Positions 22,768 to 34,728 are shown, numbered from the stretch's first letter. The stretch is 64,000 nt of DNA from Octopus bimaculoides (GCF_001194135.2 NC_068995.1:1262187-1326186); one strand, 5' to 3'. Program-made: numbers and translations. The notes: a model not told the origin generated them from the letters alone.

Positions 22768-23318
22768 CTACAACAAAGCAAAATACAAAAAAAACCCCTC
22801 TGTATTCCTTGTCATTATCATCAAGAAATCATAGAGGGAAGTGAACAGCCTTCAACAGGGCCCAAGTCCCATCCAGGGGGTGGGGAAGTGTTGTGATCTC
22901 TGTCACCATGGAAACTGAGTCAAGCTCTGGTTTTATAACTCCTGGGACCTATTATAAAACGAAGTCTAAGAAAACTGACTTAATGAAATATTGATGCATC
23001 TTGCTGTGTCAGAAACGTAAAATAAAGGAACAAGAAGATATAAAATAATATTTCACCGTTCATATGATACATAATACACAGGTGAACCTTGTTACCTGTT
23101 ACGCAGATAATCAGTTTTTTTTATTATCTTTTATCAAAACATATTTACAAAAATACTAAACGTCGTCTTTGTATTCAAACTTAATCAGAATTATATTTAT
23201 AGTTAAATAAGATTCGGGTAAAAACCTTGTGGAATGCTATGCAAAGCTCGTCCACATTTATTGGCTACTTGGGGTCATCATATAGGGAACATGCTCCTGC
23301 ATACACACACACACACAC

Positions 23319-23364
<46 letters not shown>

Positions 23365-24270
23365 CATACATACATAGGCAGACAAAACTGACGTCGTTTA
23401 CCTATCAGTTATTAAGTAAACAACAGTGGAGTGTGAGTGAGTAATAGATCGGAGTGGAACATTTTTTAATGATAGGTCTACGGGATCACGACTGACCTGT
23501 GGTTAAACAACAAGTGAAATATAAGCGATAAAGTAGAGCGGAACAACTCTGATCACAGGTCTACTGGATCAAGATTAACCTAGGGTTAAACAGTACATTT
23601 CCTTATCACCAGGCTTCTTATTTATTTAGAAACAATTGCTGGGTGACCTTCCCTCAAGACTGTTTGTTGTTTATCTCCAAGGCATCCTTAATAGAGCGGC
23701 CATATACGATCAAAAGCATTCACAGCAGGAATAATGAACTCTGGATATTATACACCGTTTTTATTTTTTCCCCTACTTTTTTTTGAGGGAGATTTAGATG
23801 CTATTTCTAACAGGTGAAGCGACTATGTAAAGCCATATTCATCGGGTCATCTTCCTATGGCATTGGAGGGCGGGGTAGAAAAGAGAAAAAAACAAACTAA
23901 TAAATATATCAAAATACGATAGGGTAGGTGGGTGTAAAATTACAAATTGAAGTTTAAATGCAGAATATAAAACTTAAGAGAAACTAGAGCTTCTTCGTGT
24001 TCAGGGAACCATTAAAACGAAAGCAATTAACCTTGTCAGGTGTTTTTCAGGTCAAAAACTATTTTGATGAGCGAGAAGTGAAAGGTTTATGATTTTTAAA
24101 ATCAAAAATACAAACAACGAACGAACGCTATTCTGTCAGCATTCGATACACTTAGACAGTTATAATTATTAATAAGCCAAGTTTTAGCTCGTGTTAAGTA
24201 GGAATATAATCAAAATATTTGCTGGATCCAACTTCAAAGACATTACACTAAATGTTTTTCAACAGTACCC

Positions 24271-24301
<31 letters not shown>

Positions 24302-24569
24302 TCCCATTATTTTACGTCCGTTCCCTTTCCTTTTGGCTATTTTGTATGGCATGGAAAATGCTTTCACTTTTTCTCCTGGACAACACCTACTTTTTGACGA
24401 GTTAAATTCCTTCGCTTTCGTGGTATCCGGAGAAAATACAGAGAAAACACTGACTGGCATTCAGAATGGTGTAAAATCAATAAACACCAGTAATCATAAT
24501 GTATAGAGAGAGTAAAAGCTCATTTAAAAGATGTGAATGAATTCTCTCTCCGAACCTAAGGGGAAAAAA

Positions 24570-24804
24570 CCGAGGTTCTAAACCATTTATTATTCCAGAT
24601 ATCCAAAGGATTGTCTGATATACCCCCAACATCTATAAGTTGCCTGTAGGACTCCAACGAAGTCAATAGCTTGGTTTTATTTTACAAATGGATAAAGAGG
24701 AAAGAATATTATAAAGATTTTGTCATTTTTAAATCATTAGAGACCAAGTGTGTCTAATACCCCTAGAGGATATGGGTATCCACCTCCCTAGTTAAGAACC
24801 CCTG
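24570..24804. mobile_element. Possible hAT-like MITE
   Basis: The reverse complement of the right end is CAGGGGTTCTTAAC; the left end CCGAGGTTCTAAAC matches 11/14. No clear 8-bp TSD. Confidence 0.35.
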
Positions 24805-25418
24805 TTCTACTTCAAACCACGCCCTCTTAAAATTAAGAAATACTGTTTGATGTAAACCTTTGTCAACCTGCTTAGGGAATGATAATAATGATAATAATCG
24901 GAGACGAGATGGTCATGGCACAGTGTCCTTTGATCGAGAAGCATTTAGTTAGAGATTTGCTGAATCAGAGTTTAACCTTTACTTTCATCGGTGAATCACT
25001 CGGTTACGAGAATTAATTGTGTGTGTGTGATGGTTTTTTGTTTGTGTAAATGTTAGTGTTTAGTTTTAATACACACCATATATTTATTGTGAGTTATTGT
25101 TAATTCTGTCGTTTCATTATTCGGTCGTGTGTCGTCTGTGCTTGTAATGTTTCCGTTTATGTAAAAATGTACATTTGTTTTTGTAACACACACATAATAA
25201 TGCATCACGAGACGATGGAAAGTAAGTGAAGCAAAGATCACACGCAGGACATAATCTAAATGGCATTGAATAAGTGGACAAGTAAGAAACATGAAGAAAA
25301 GGACATGGTTTTTAGAGGAAGATTAATGGTTTGGAGTGTGGAAGGAATTGAGGGGAAACGTTTTGCGTTAAGAAAGGCAAGGACATGTCTGGAAGAAAGA
25401 GGTTATACTTAAACACAC

Positions 25419-25527
25419 CTGTCCATAGTTTACTTGTGGATCCGACAAGAGAGAGCACGATCTTAGAAGAAATATTCCATAACCTGCTCGGTTTATTTGG
25501 AAACATCCAGATGTGGTCGACAGGCAT
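25419..25527 (-). CDS. TAFAZZIN: Tafazzin exon 1
   Basis: MPVDHIWMFPNKPSRLWNISSKIVLSLVGSTSKLWT|GTGTGT; 109 nt; resembles the tafazzin N-terminal anchor. Confidence 0.9.
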
Positions 25528-25784
25528 CTCCGTCCGGTCGGGTTTGACAAAAATCTTTACGTAAGGCGAAAACCGGTCAACCGGTGTTGATTAGTGAACT
25601 TCTACAGCATTGAAATGTTCCGCGAAGGAACACTTATATGTATTTACGTAAACTTTCGACAAGAAAAGTAGTCCGTAAGTTTTTACTACTGTATGGATTC
25701 TTGTTGCTTAACTTCAGTTTAAACTTAATCACACGCACAAACTCAACTGCTTTTCTTCCCGACAAAAATGTCTTGCTGTATATA

Positions 25785-25960
25785 GTTATGACCCATTACG
25801 TTCTGGGTTCAAATTCCGCCGAGGCCAAATTTGCCTTTCGTCTTCTCGGCGTTGATAAAATAAAGCAGCAGTCAAGTTTCCGGGATCGATTTAATCAAGT
25901 AACCCTTCACCTCCAAGTTTCTAGCATTGTACATACTTTAGAGATGATTATTGATTTATT
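25785..25960 (+). mobile_element. SINE family A between the TAFAZZIN and POLK starts
   Basis: gttctgggttcaaattccgccgaggccaaatttgcctttc...ggcgttgataaaataaagcag. Confidence 0.65.
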
Positions 25961-26959
25961 ATTGACAAAATAAACAAATAAAATGAAACCAAACTTCGAG
26001 TTACAGGTGTACCCGTGTGGTTAAAATGATTGTTGTGTAACCATTTGATTCTTAGGCGAAGGACATTTTTTTATGGTTTTATGCCAGATGTTGAAGAGGA
26101 GGTTTTTTTTTTGTTTTCTTTGCCTTTCTCTTGAAAGTTAGCAGGTGACCTCATTGGTGCCAGCATTACTAAGAAAAGCAGCCAGTACACACTGTGAAGT
26201 GGTTGGCATTAGGTAGGGTATCAAGCCATAGTAACCATGCCAAAGCAGGCACTGGATCTCGGTGCAGTTGCTTCGCTTATTGGTTCCTGTGAAACCATCC
26301 AAACCAATATGGAGAACAGATGTCAAATGATAATGATGACGATTGTACTGTTGATGTTTTATTCTGTTATAATTATATGCACTCAACAGTTGTTTTTGTT
26401 TTAATATTTTCTAATTTAATACTTTGAGAGGTTATTTTGTTGAAGATGATTCCATCTTCGACTTGTTTCAGTCTTTTCACTGCGGCCATGCTGGAGCACT
26501 GCCTTGAAGAGTTTCCGGTCCAACAAATCGACCCCCAATAGTTATCGAGTGTTGTATACTCTCAGTCTTTTTGGTCAATACCAAAATGGTGCTGCCGTGT
26601 AGCTCAATGTCAGCCCTAGCCTCACTACCACACTAAGCAACTTCTTCACACTACACAGTCCATCTGCCATCACAGTACACACGTCCTCACTACAAAATGA
26701 AACATACATCCACCTTACTGCCACATACATCCACACTACCCTCCTCAGTTCGTCTCTGTACCTACAAACCCGAAATGTATGGTCTTGTGTTTATCTTAGA
26801 AATAATTATTATTGTGATTATATTTAGTACAATCTTAAATTAATGATAATTAGCGAATTAAAGAAACGAACGGTATTAAATATTCTCTGCATCAAATATA
26901 TTAATATTCATTTAATGAAGTTCAAATATTTATTATTAAATACATTGACATGTATTATT

Positions 26960-27230
26960 TTAAATGAACGCTTAAGCAAGTGGAGAAGCTCCTAATTCCG
27001 AAAGTCACATTAATATCGATGTCCCCTATTAGGGACCCCGTTAGATATCAAGTTAATAACAACAGATATCCGACATATAGCTGTTTGTTGCTAATACACT
27101 TTTGTTGACAAATCTCTTTCGTGTGTCGTGTTGCATTTCGCGCGTTTCCCCTCCCTCCATCATACAGAGCTAATCTGACAGAAGACCGCATGGATAGCAA
27201 TCGTAACTGAACACTTAAATTTGTTAAGTA
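26960..27230 (+). promoter_or_regulatory. Probable POLK promoter with E2F-like site
   Basis: CpG-containing patch with TTTCGCGC at 27136-27143 (E2F consensus TTTSSCGC) upstream of a pyrimidine-tract acceptor ending at 27411. Confidence 0.45.
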
Positions 27231-27548
27231 TATTGCTTAAACAGCTTTAACATTGAAATTTTTCATATTCAGATATTTTTGTTGAACTATTTTTTGCCTA
27301 CTTTAATAGCTGAGAAGTTTCAGTCATTACGAAGTGATTGCGGTTCGATAAATATTGTTTGATGGCCGCTCCTTGTTAGTAATTGCCTTTATTGTTTATT
27401 TACATTTACAGGTAATGTTATCAAAAGTAAATAATGAGTGATGTTGTCTCATTTTGTGTTGCTTCACACGTTTCTTTTCGTTGCTGGTGAGGCCAGAGAT
27501 TAATAATAACAGTGTGATAAACCACCCAAGGTGACAAAATACGGCGAA

Positions 27549-27672
27549 ATGTCGTCTGGGACAGAAGAAAAGGCAGGACTTTTGTCCAGGCTGGGACTTA
27601 ATGATAACAAAGCTGGAATGCAGAACTTGGACAGAGAAAAAATCAACCAGATTATATACGAAGCTTCGAAAG
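27549..27672 (+). CDS. POLK: DNA polymerase kappa, coding exon 1 (N-clasp)
   Basis: MSSGTEEKAGLLSRLGLNDNKAGMQNLDREKINQIIYEASK(G)|GTGAGT; LGLNDNKAGM is a Pol kappa N-clasp signature. Confidence 0.93.
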
Positions 27673-28530
27673 GTGAGTAAACTGATTTAAAAACTCTCCC
27701 CGCCCCCTTTTAACTCCATCTTCCCCTTTGACCATTCTTGTCTATCCCTTCTTTATATTAATAACATACTGAAAATTCCATTTAGTCCCCTATTAAAATG
27801 TCAGTGTGTCTGGTACAGAACAGAAACCATTAGACACCTGTTACTTTTCCCTTTACACTTTCCTTAATTAACCAGCGAGGAATCCTCCACGTTGTTGCTC
27901 AGCTTGCTAAATATAGCAACCAAATGTCACCTAAATCACTCACTGCCGTCTTTAAAACGTAAGGACACATTGTAGAGTGTAGTTTTCGGTAAACTTACCC
28001 ACAAAACATTCGGATGATAACAACTGGAACTCCGTGCTTCGTCAAGACTCACCACGGGCTAAACAACATCAACCCCCACCCTACAATCTTTTAACAACAA
28101 ACAGAATTTCAGAAAATATGATGTTCATGTTTCCTCTAATTCTGCTTCTTAGAGCATGCTAAAGATTTCTAAAATATAAACCCATTTTACTTTATTTTAT
28201 TGACTTTGGTTTGGTTTAAGTCATAAACTGCTGGGATTTGTTCTTACATAGGATGGAGTGCTGAGCACATCTTATGAAAATGAGACTACCATGCACACAT
28301 AAAAAACAAAAAATGGTTAAAATCTCTTCTTAATATATGAATGGTGGCAAGTTTTACATCATCTGAAAAGTCATCAGTTGAACTATTAGTCCTCTTGCAT
28401 TCTGAGTGACATTAGACCCCCAACAAGTGTCCATAAATTAAATGCATCTATTAGGCCCTTTGATCGTAGGTGTTGTCACTTAGGGCGAAACAACAGCATT
28501 AAGTACTATTGTTTTGCATTCTGTTGTCAG

Positions 28531-28649
28531 GTTCAAAATATTTTGAAAATGAGAAAAAAAAAGACAAACAGGTTGATATAAAGATTGCTGAACAACAACA
28601 GAAACTTGCCAGCTTCACTGCAAAAGAGATGAACAAGGCTGAAAAAGAG
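28531..28649 (+). CDS. POLK: POLK coding exon 2 (N-clasp)
   Basis: tgtcAG|(G)SKYFENEKKKDKQVDIKIAEQQQKLASFTAKEMNKAEKE|GTCTGT; 119 nt. Confidence 0.92.
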
Positions 28650-28857
28650 GTCTGTCGTTTTTATTAATATTTTAGTGGTTTTAGTGGATGAGTGAGGTTT
28701 AAATGTACCTATGTCTGTATATTGACAGATTTGATGTGGCTTTCTATATGTGGTTTTAATTATGCTGAATATTTAATTAGCAGTTGAAGTATTAATGTCC
28801 ATTCTATGCTGGATTTCTACAGAAATGAAAATCTGTAAGCTGACCATTCTCTTTCAG

Positions 28858-29010
28858 GCTGATGCTCTTCTGAAGAGACTAGAAGAGAAAAGGGACCTCA
28901 GCCGAACCATTGTCCATATTGACATGGATGCTTTCTTTGCAGCAGTTGAAACGAGAGACAATCCGTCTCTCCTGGACAAACCCATGGCTGTCGGAAGTAA
29001 TTACATGCTT
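28858..29010 (+). CDS. POLK: POLK coding exon 3 (palm motif I)
   Basis: ctttcAG|[51 protein letters not shown]|GTGAGT; 153 nt. Confidence 0.96.
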
Positions 29011-29244
29011 GTGAGTTTAGATTCATAAAATATTTGTGTTGAAATTGTGTAAGCTAGATATAGGAGTCGTGTATTGGACCAAAGTTTTAGGAATGAGAGA
29101 AATACATTTAATCATTAGATTAAAAATAATTTAGCTGTGATTAATTCAATCCCAAGTAGGGTCTAATCAAACAAACATAATGATCAAAGACATTCCAATC
29201 ATGAACATCCAGTCTTGTTTATCTAGAACTACATTATTCTATTT

Positions 29245-29380
29245 GCAGGCACATTGCCCAGTGGTTAAGGTGTTGGGCTTACAATCATTCAGTTGCAGGT
29301 TCAATTCCTTGACTGAGTAGCATGTTGTGTCCTTGGGCAAAGCACTTCCTCTCATGTTTTACCAGTTTACCAGAGATGAC
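29245..29380 (+). mobile_element. tRNA-headed SINE family C fragment
   Basis: A-box-like cccagtggttaaggtgttgggc, B-box-like ggttcaattcc, then gtgtccttgggcaaagcactt; related copy at about 56850-56975. Confidence 0.6.
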
Positions 29381-29646
29381 TGGCATTCCTTTCAGCAGGT
29401 TGTCTTGCCCTCTCAGCTTAAACACCATCAAAATCCAGACAAGGTTCTCACCTCATGAGCCTTTAGGCTTGAAGGGCTGACTTTGTCCAATATATCCTTT
29501 CTTTTATTTTTAAGACTGGGTTTGAACAGGATTAAGGATTACAAGATATATCTTTTTTTCTTGCTGTTTTGTTCTTTTTTGTCAAGAAATACATTTATTT
29601 TCTATATAGATTTATTGTTTTTCTTTTCTGTATTTCTTTTCTCAAG

Positions 29647-30235
29647 TCAACTTCTAACTACATTGCTCGTCGTTTTGGAGTGCGAGCTGCAATGCCAGGT
29701 TTCATTGCTAAAAAGTTGTGCCCTCAGTTGGTGATAGTTCCTCAGAACTTTGCTCAGTACGCAGCTGTCAGTAAAGAAGTCAAAGACGTACTTGTTAAAT
29801 ATGACAAACATTTTTGTCCAATCAGCTTCGATGAGGCTTACTTAGACATCACAGAACATTTGAACCTTCGTAAGACATTCCCTAAAGAGAAACGAACTGT
29901 TCAATGCCGTACCTGTGACCGATTAGATCCACATTATTGCTCTTGTGATCCAAATAAGTCTGATTGTGAATCAACAGAAAATGAAGATCTGAACTTTGTT
30001 CAAGATAAGGAAACACCAAGTGCTGATCAGCTCTGCTTCCAAGAACAAGACAGAAGTAATTTACTACGAATAGAAGACCCTACATTAGTAAAGGGACAAG
30101 ATCTTAAAATGTGTCCTTTGTGTAAACGAGAAGTGCCTAATTACAGAGAAGAAGTATTTGGTGTGTCAGCAGAAGAGGCTGTTAGAGAAATCCGACGTAA
30201 GATTGAACAAAGAACTCAGTTGACTGCAAGTGCTG
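29647..30235 (+). CDS. POLK: POLK coding exon 4 (fingers/palm, catalytic DE)
   Basis: ctcaAG|STSNYIARRFGVRAAMPGFIAKKLCP...SFDEAYLD...EIRRKIEQRTQLTASA(G)|GTGAGT; 589 nt. Confidence 0.96.
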
Positions 30236-30744
30236 GTGAGTAAACTAATGGATCCACATTTTTTAAAAAATGGTGTTATTTGATTTTCTTTTTCTTTTTA
30301 GTCAGTCTTCTTAAACCTGGCATCAAAAACAATAAAAATTGTGATAACCTGTTCATGCCATCGTTTTGTTTAATTCCTGTTTTTCCCCAGGATTTCGGCA
30401 GGAATAAATTGAGGCAAAGATTTTAGGGTTTCTGCTGCTGGATGACCTTCCTATTAATTCTTACAAAATATAAATTTTACCTCACAAATTGTGACTGTCG
30501 CTGAAACAAGATGTAGATGGGAATTGATTAACATTATTGCCTAAATATAGCATAAATGAATACAAAGACCTAGTTTTCAGTGATGGGCCTGTTTTTTTCT
30601 TTTGTTTTTTTTTTTGTGGTTTAGAGAAAGTGGTTGTATAATAAAACAACTGACGTAGGCCATGATGACTTGTCTAATACATGCAGACATACAATGATGA
30701 TGATATATAAATATTCATGGCTTTTTCTGTTCTTGTTTTTTCAG

Positions 30745-30869
30745 GAATTGCTGCCAACACTTTACTGGCCAAAATTTGTTCAGATAAAAACAAGCCCAAC
30801 GGTCAGTTCAGTCTCCCTCACATTACACATGTTATCAAAGATTTCATCACTGACCTTCCGATAAGAAAA
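30745..30869 (+). CDS. POLK: POLK coding exon 5
   Basis: ttttcAG|(G)IAANTLLAKICSDKNKPNGQFSLPHITHVIKDFITDLPIRK|GTTAGT; 125 nt. Confidence 0.95.
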
Positions 30870-31434
30870 GTTAGTAACTTTACCTCTTCAACATTTTTTT
30901 GTCATCACAAAAAGCAACAGTCTTATCTTCTGCTACGTCCTCCAATCTCTCTCTTTCTCTCTCATTTCCTTATCTCTTCCTTCTGTTCTAATCTCTCTTT
31001 GTTTTCTTTTTTTCCCCCTTCCTTTTATTATGCTTTAATGTGTCTTGCAGTACCATTTCCCTATCAACACTTTGTCCTGGAGCTGTGCCCTTTCAAAGAC
31101 ATGCCATATGAAAAATGTTCTTGTTTCAAAAAACAGATAAAGGTTCATGGTAGGAAAGACATCCAGCTGCAAAGCAGTACTTCAGCAAGATGTACTCATC
31201 TAACCCATGCCTGCATGGAAAATTGGATGTAAATACTAATGAAATATATTATAAGAACTCTGTCAGTGGGTTAGCTAAAGGTGTGCTGTCACTCGGCCCA
31301 GGTGAACCATGCAGCTGATTGGAACTCAACTAAACCCAACATTATATACATATGTACGTGAAATATATATACACACACACACGCCATGTGAAAAAGTTGT
31401 TTTATTGTGTGTTTTTTTTTTGTTTTTAATTCAG

Positions 31435-31601
31435 GTCTCTGGTATTGGCAAAGTGACAGAGAAAATGCTGCAAGCCATTGATATTGTTACCTGTTCCCAG
31501 TTGTATGAACAACGATCTTTACTCTATCTCTTGTATTCTGAAACTTCTTTCAAGCACTTCATGTCTATCGCTCTCGGCATTGGTTCAACTCGTGTCGAAA
31601 G
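31435..31601 (+). CDS. POLK: POLK coding exon 6 (thumb, HhH)
   Basis: aattcAG|VSGIGKVTEKMLQAIDIVTCSQLYEQRSLLYLLYSETSFKHFMSIALGIGSTRVE(S)|GTTGGT; 167 nt. Confidence 0.95.
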
Positions 31602-32057
31602 GTTGGTAAAGAAGGTTTTCTTGCATTTTTCTTTTTAAAGATGAATTTTGCACAATTCAGTTGGAAGCAAAAATCACAGAGGTTTTTAGATCTTTTTGCA
31701 TTAATTTATGTGAGAGAATCAGATCTGGTAAATGATTTAGTTGGGGAAATATACACACACTGTAAAATCTGGGCTAAATTCTTGTCATTCTGGTATGAGA
31801 AAGTGAATTTCAAGTCTCGCAGAAACACACACACACATTTCATATATTCCTCACATCAACAGTTTCATTTTTGTGTGGGTTAACTGTCACATTTTCTCAA
31901 ATCAGGAACATTTCATTTTAATTGAATACTTGTTGATAACAATTCTTCTGGATTATCTAATTCAAACATAGATAAATCCATTTGTGCCAAACAGCACGAA
32001 AAGAGGAATTCTCAAAGCCAATGGATCAGCAAAGAAGCCACTCTGTTGTGACTCAAG

Positions 32058-32282
32058 TTAGCATTTAATCCAGCCATATCTGGCCTAAATATTCTTCCTG
32101 TTTTGTATTAAAAGTGACCAGATCCAGCCCCTCACACCTACCCTACAATGTAATTCTGAAAGCAAAAAATTCACATCATGAAAATCTCTTGAAGCGATGA
32201 GATAGAATGCCTGATTAATTGAAAACAATGTGAATAAATAAGCAGAACATTTGACAGAGGAATCAGAATGCTGAAGGGTTAA
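32058..32282. mobile_element. piggyBac-like MITE, family 2
   Basis: ccagatccagcccctcacacctaccctacaatg...gaatgctgaagggTTAA; related to 56459-56655 and to the partial copy at 4520-4577. Confidence 0.7.
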
Positions 32283-32729
32283 AGAGGTCTCTTTGGGGGT
32301 CACTTCATCCATCTAAGGCTGTGATCTCTTGACCTGATAGCAATAGCAGCAAAACCTCTTTCAAATCTCACTGCTTGAACCCTTTTGATATTCCACCCCC
32401 CAACACTGAGTTCTTTGATGCAAACTTCCTGTTTTAAAGTGATCCGATTCCATGTTTATTTATATTTCAGGCACCAGTTTAATAAGAAAATGATTTTAAT
32501 AAACTCTTCAACATGATTGAAATGATTTGAAACAAAGGCAATGGATTTCAACAGGAATATGATAAGGAAAATTGTTAAAATGGGAAGGTTGCACGGGATA
32601 TTGTGTTTGTGGTTGGACCCTGCCTGATAAAAAAAAAAAAAATAGTGTGATTTGGGCTGAAACACCTCTGATCAAAATTTACGTAATAAAGGGCTGATTT
32701 GGAGTTAAACAAGAACAACTAGAAATAAC

Positions 32730-32970
32730 TTCAACCTTTTTCTTGCCATATTTTTCTGTTGAAATTAATTTTTCTGCTTTTGTTTCAGTTAATTTTGAAA
32801 ATAATGAAGAATGTGGTAAACTTTGCCATTATTGAACTGGTGTCTGGAACATAAATTAACGTGGAATTTTGATGGAAGATTTAAATTTAGATAATTTTAA
32901 AACAAGAAGCTGATACCATAGAATGAGTGGTGGTGGAGGGCCTCAGGCCAGTTGCTGTCAAAAGGGTTAA
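32730..32970. mobile_element. piggyBac-like MITE, family 1
   Basis: Internal catatttttctgttgaaa...aataatgaagaat...ttttgatggaag; ends caaaagggTTAA. Confidence 0.7.
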
Positions 32971-33049
32971 ATATAAAATGGTTTTAACAAAGTGAAATCT
33001 TTTTTTTTCTAAGAAAAACTATTTTTTTATGTTTCTTGTTTTTCTTTAG

Positions 33050-33082
33050 TGATGGTGATAGAAAAAGCTTGAGTACTGAACA
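33050..33082 (+). CDS. POLK: POLK 33-nt micro-exon (thumb-PAD linker)
   Basis: ttctttAG|T GAT GGT GAT AGA AAA AGC TTG AGT ACT GAA CA|GTAAGT gives (S)DGDRKSLSTE(Q); its phase 2/2 fits both neighbouring exons. Confidence 0.9.
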
Positions 33083-33169
33083 GTAAGTTTTATATTTTTG
33101 ATCATTCAACAAACTCAAAACCATAGATGCTGGGGTAGGAATTTCACAGCAAGACTAAATATACATGGA

Positions 33170-33350
33170 TGTAGGTCATCATCATCATCATTTGGTGTCT
33201 GTCTTTCATGCTGGCATTGTTTGGATGGTTTGACAGAATCTGATGGACTGTCTCTAGGGTCGGATGCCCTTCTTAACACCAACCCCTTTATAGCATGTGC
33301 TGGGTGCATTTTTTTGTGGCACCAGCACTAGTGAGGTGACCATGCAGCTT
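33170..33350 (-). mobile_element. Repeat with RTE-like 3' tail (family B-related)
   Basis: (CAT)n ttggtgtctgtctttcatgctggc...ggatgcccttcttaacaccaacc. Confidence 0.6.
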
Positions 33351-33910
33351 GCAAGAGCAAGAACCCCATCCCTTTGGGATTATGAGAAAGAAAAGAAGGT
33401 GACCTGATGCTTAAAGACGAGAGGTTACAGTACGAAAGAAGGGGTCAGAGAATCCATGCTCCCTTGGTACTTATTGGATTGGTTTTGTTGGCTCTGGTAC
33501 CTGACTGGCTTCTCTTTTATTGACTTCCTGGAAGGAGGTAGAGCAGAGCTAAACCACTGCAAGATACAAACTCGAAACCAAAGGAACATAGCTAAATGCC
33601 AATCGATTGCCATATCAAGACATATTAGCACATACCTCCATCTCAGTTTGCCTGGGGTCAAGAGTAGGCTGTAGAGGTGGGGGCAGCTGTATGATCAAGG
33701 AAAGGTATCAGCGTAGTTAGATAGGACTATACAGGGGAGCTAATACTGGTTAAACAGATGGATCTTTTTCAGTTACGTCCCTTGAAACTTATCGATTCTC
33801 CACGGAATCGTATAGTTTAATGGTCAGTAAATTAGTCAAAAAAGAAAGAATTTAGATTACAAGTATTTGGTGTGGAACTTGTGCTAAAATAGTAAACGTT
33901 TGTTTTACAG

Positions 33911-34007
33911 GACATTTTTTGAACTCAGTGATCCGGCCCAACTCTATGACAAATGCCTAGAACTAAGTAAGATATTGGCTTCTGACCTCCAGGAACAGAA
34001 TTTCATG
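33911..34007 (+). CDS. POLK: POLK coding exon 8 (PAD/little finger)
   Basis: ttttacAG|(Q)TFFELSDPAQLYDKCLELSKILASDLQEQNFM|GTAAGG; 97 nt. Confidence 0.92.
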
Positions 34008-34089
34008 GTAAGGAATTCATTGGAATTGGATTACATTTAAAGAATTGTTTATCATATCTGTTTTAAGGATGGTCTCTTTGAAATATTTC

Positions 34090-34525
34090 AGGAATTTAAA
34101 TAGTTACAATTGTTAAGAGCCATCAAGCCCCAATGACAGCTTTGTCGTGGTTTCCATGGCTGGATGTCTTTCCTAATTTTAACCAATTTACAGTGTGTAC
34201 TGGATGTTTTTTTCGTAGCACCAACACTAGTGAGGTCACCAAGTAAATTGCCTGACAAATAAAAGAAAGGAAAAGGAAAAAAAAATCCCTCAACCCAATG
34301 GGCGTGTATGTGAGACTGTGCCTGTGAGTGTGTGTGTTTGTGTGTGGTCTCCTTGTGTTGTAAATAAGTGTCACTGTCATTCATTTCCAATATTCTGTGA
34401 GAAAATTCCTGCCATGAGAATATATTACCTTTCTTGGTATCAGGTGAGGGTTGGCACAAGATGGGCATCTAGCTGTAGAAAATCTGCCTCAAGTGGGAAC
34501 ATTAAAATGGTGATGATGATGATTT
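34090..34525. mobile_element. Two family B-related fragments in opposite orientations
   Basis: 34090-34260 is a minus-oriented tail; 34320-34525 is a plus-oriented tail ending in (GAT)n. Confidence 0.55.
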
Positions 34526-34556
34526 TTACCAGTGCCATCTCTTGTTCTGTTTTCAG

Positions 34557-34728
34557 GGTCGGACTGTCTCATTGAAAATAAAAACAGTAGATTTCGATGT
34601 GAAAACCAAGTCCCAGACGCTCACTCGCCATACATGTGACGAGGTTCAGATCTATAATGTCGCCAGGAATTTTCTTCAATCAGAAATTCAAAATTCAATG
34701 CCAAAACCTTTCAGGCTTCGGTTGATGG
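34557..34728 (+). CDS. POLK: POLK coding exon 9 (PAD)
   Basis: ttttcAG|GRTVSLKIKTVDFDVKTKSQTL...KPFRLRLM(G)|GTAAGA; 172 nt. Confidence 0.95.

Noticed and set aside
27190-27210. ATG GAT AGC AAT (MDSN), resembling the human POLK start MDST, as a possible extra first coding exon
   Set aside because: It stops after 6 codons unspliced, and splicing to 27412 also meets a stop before the 27549 ATG; the similarity is probably chance.
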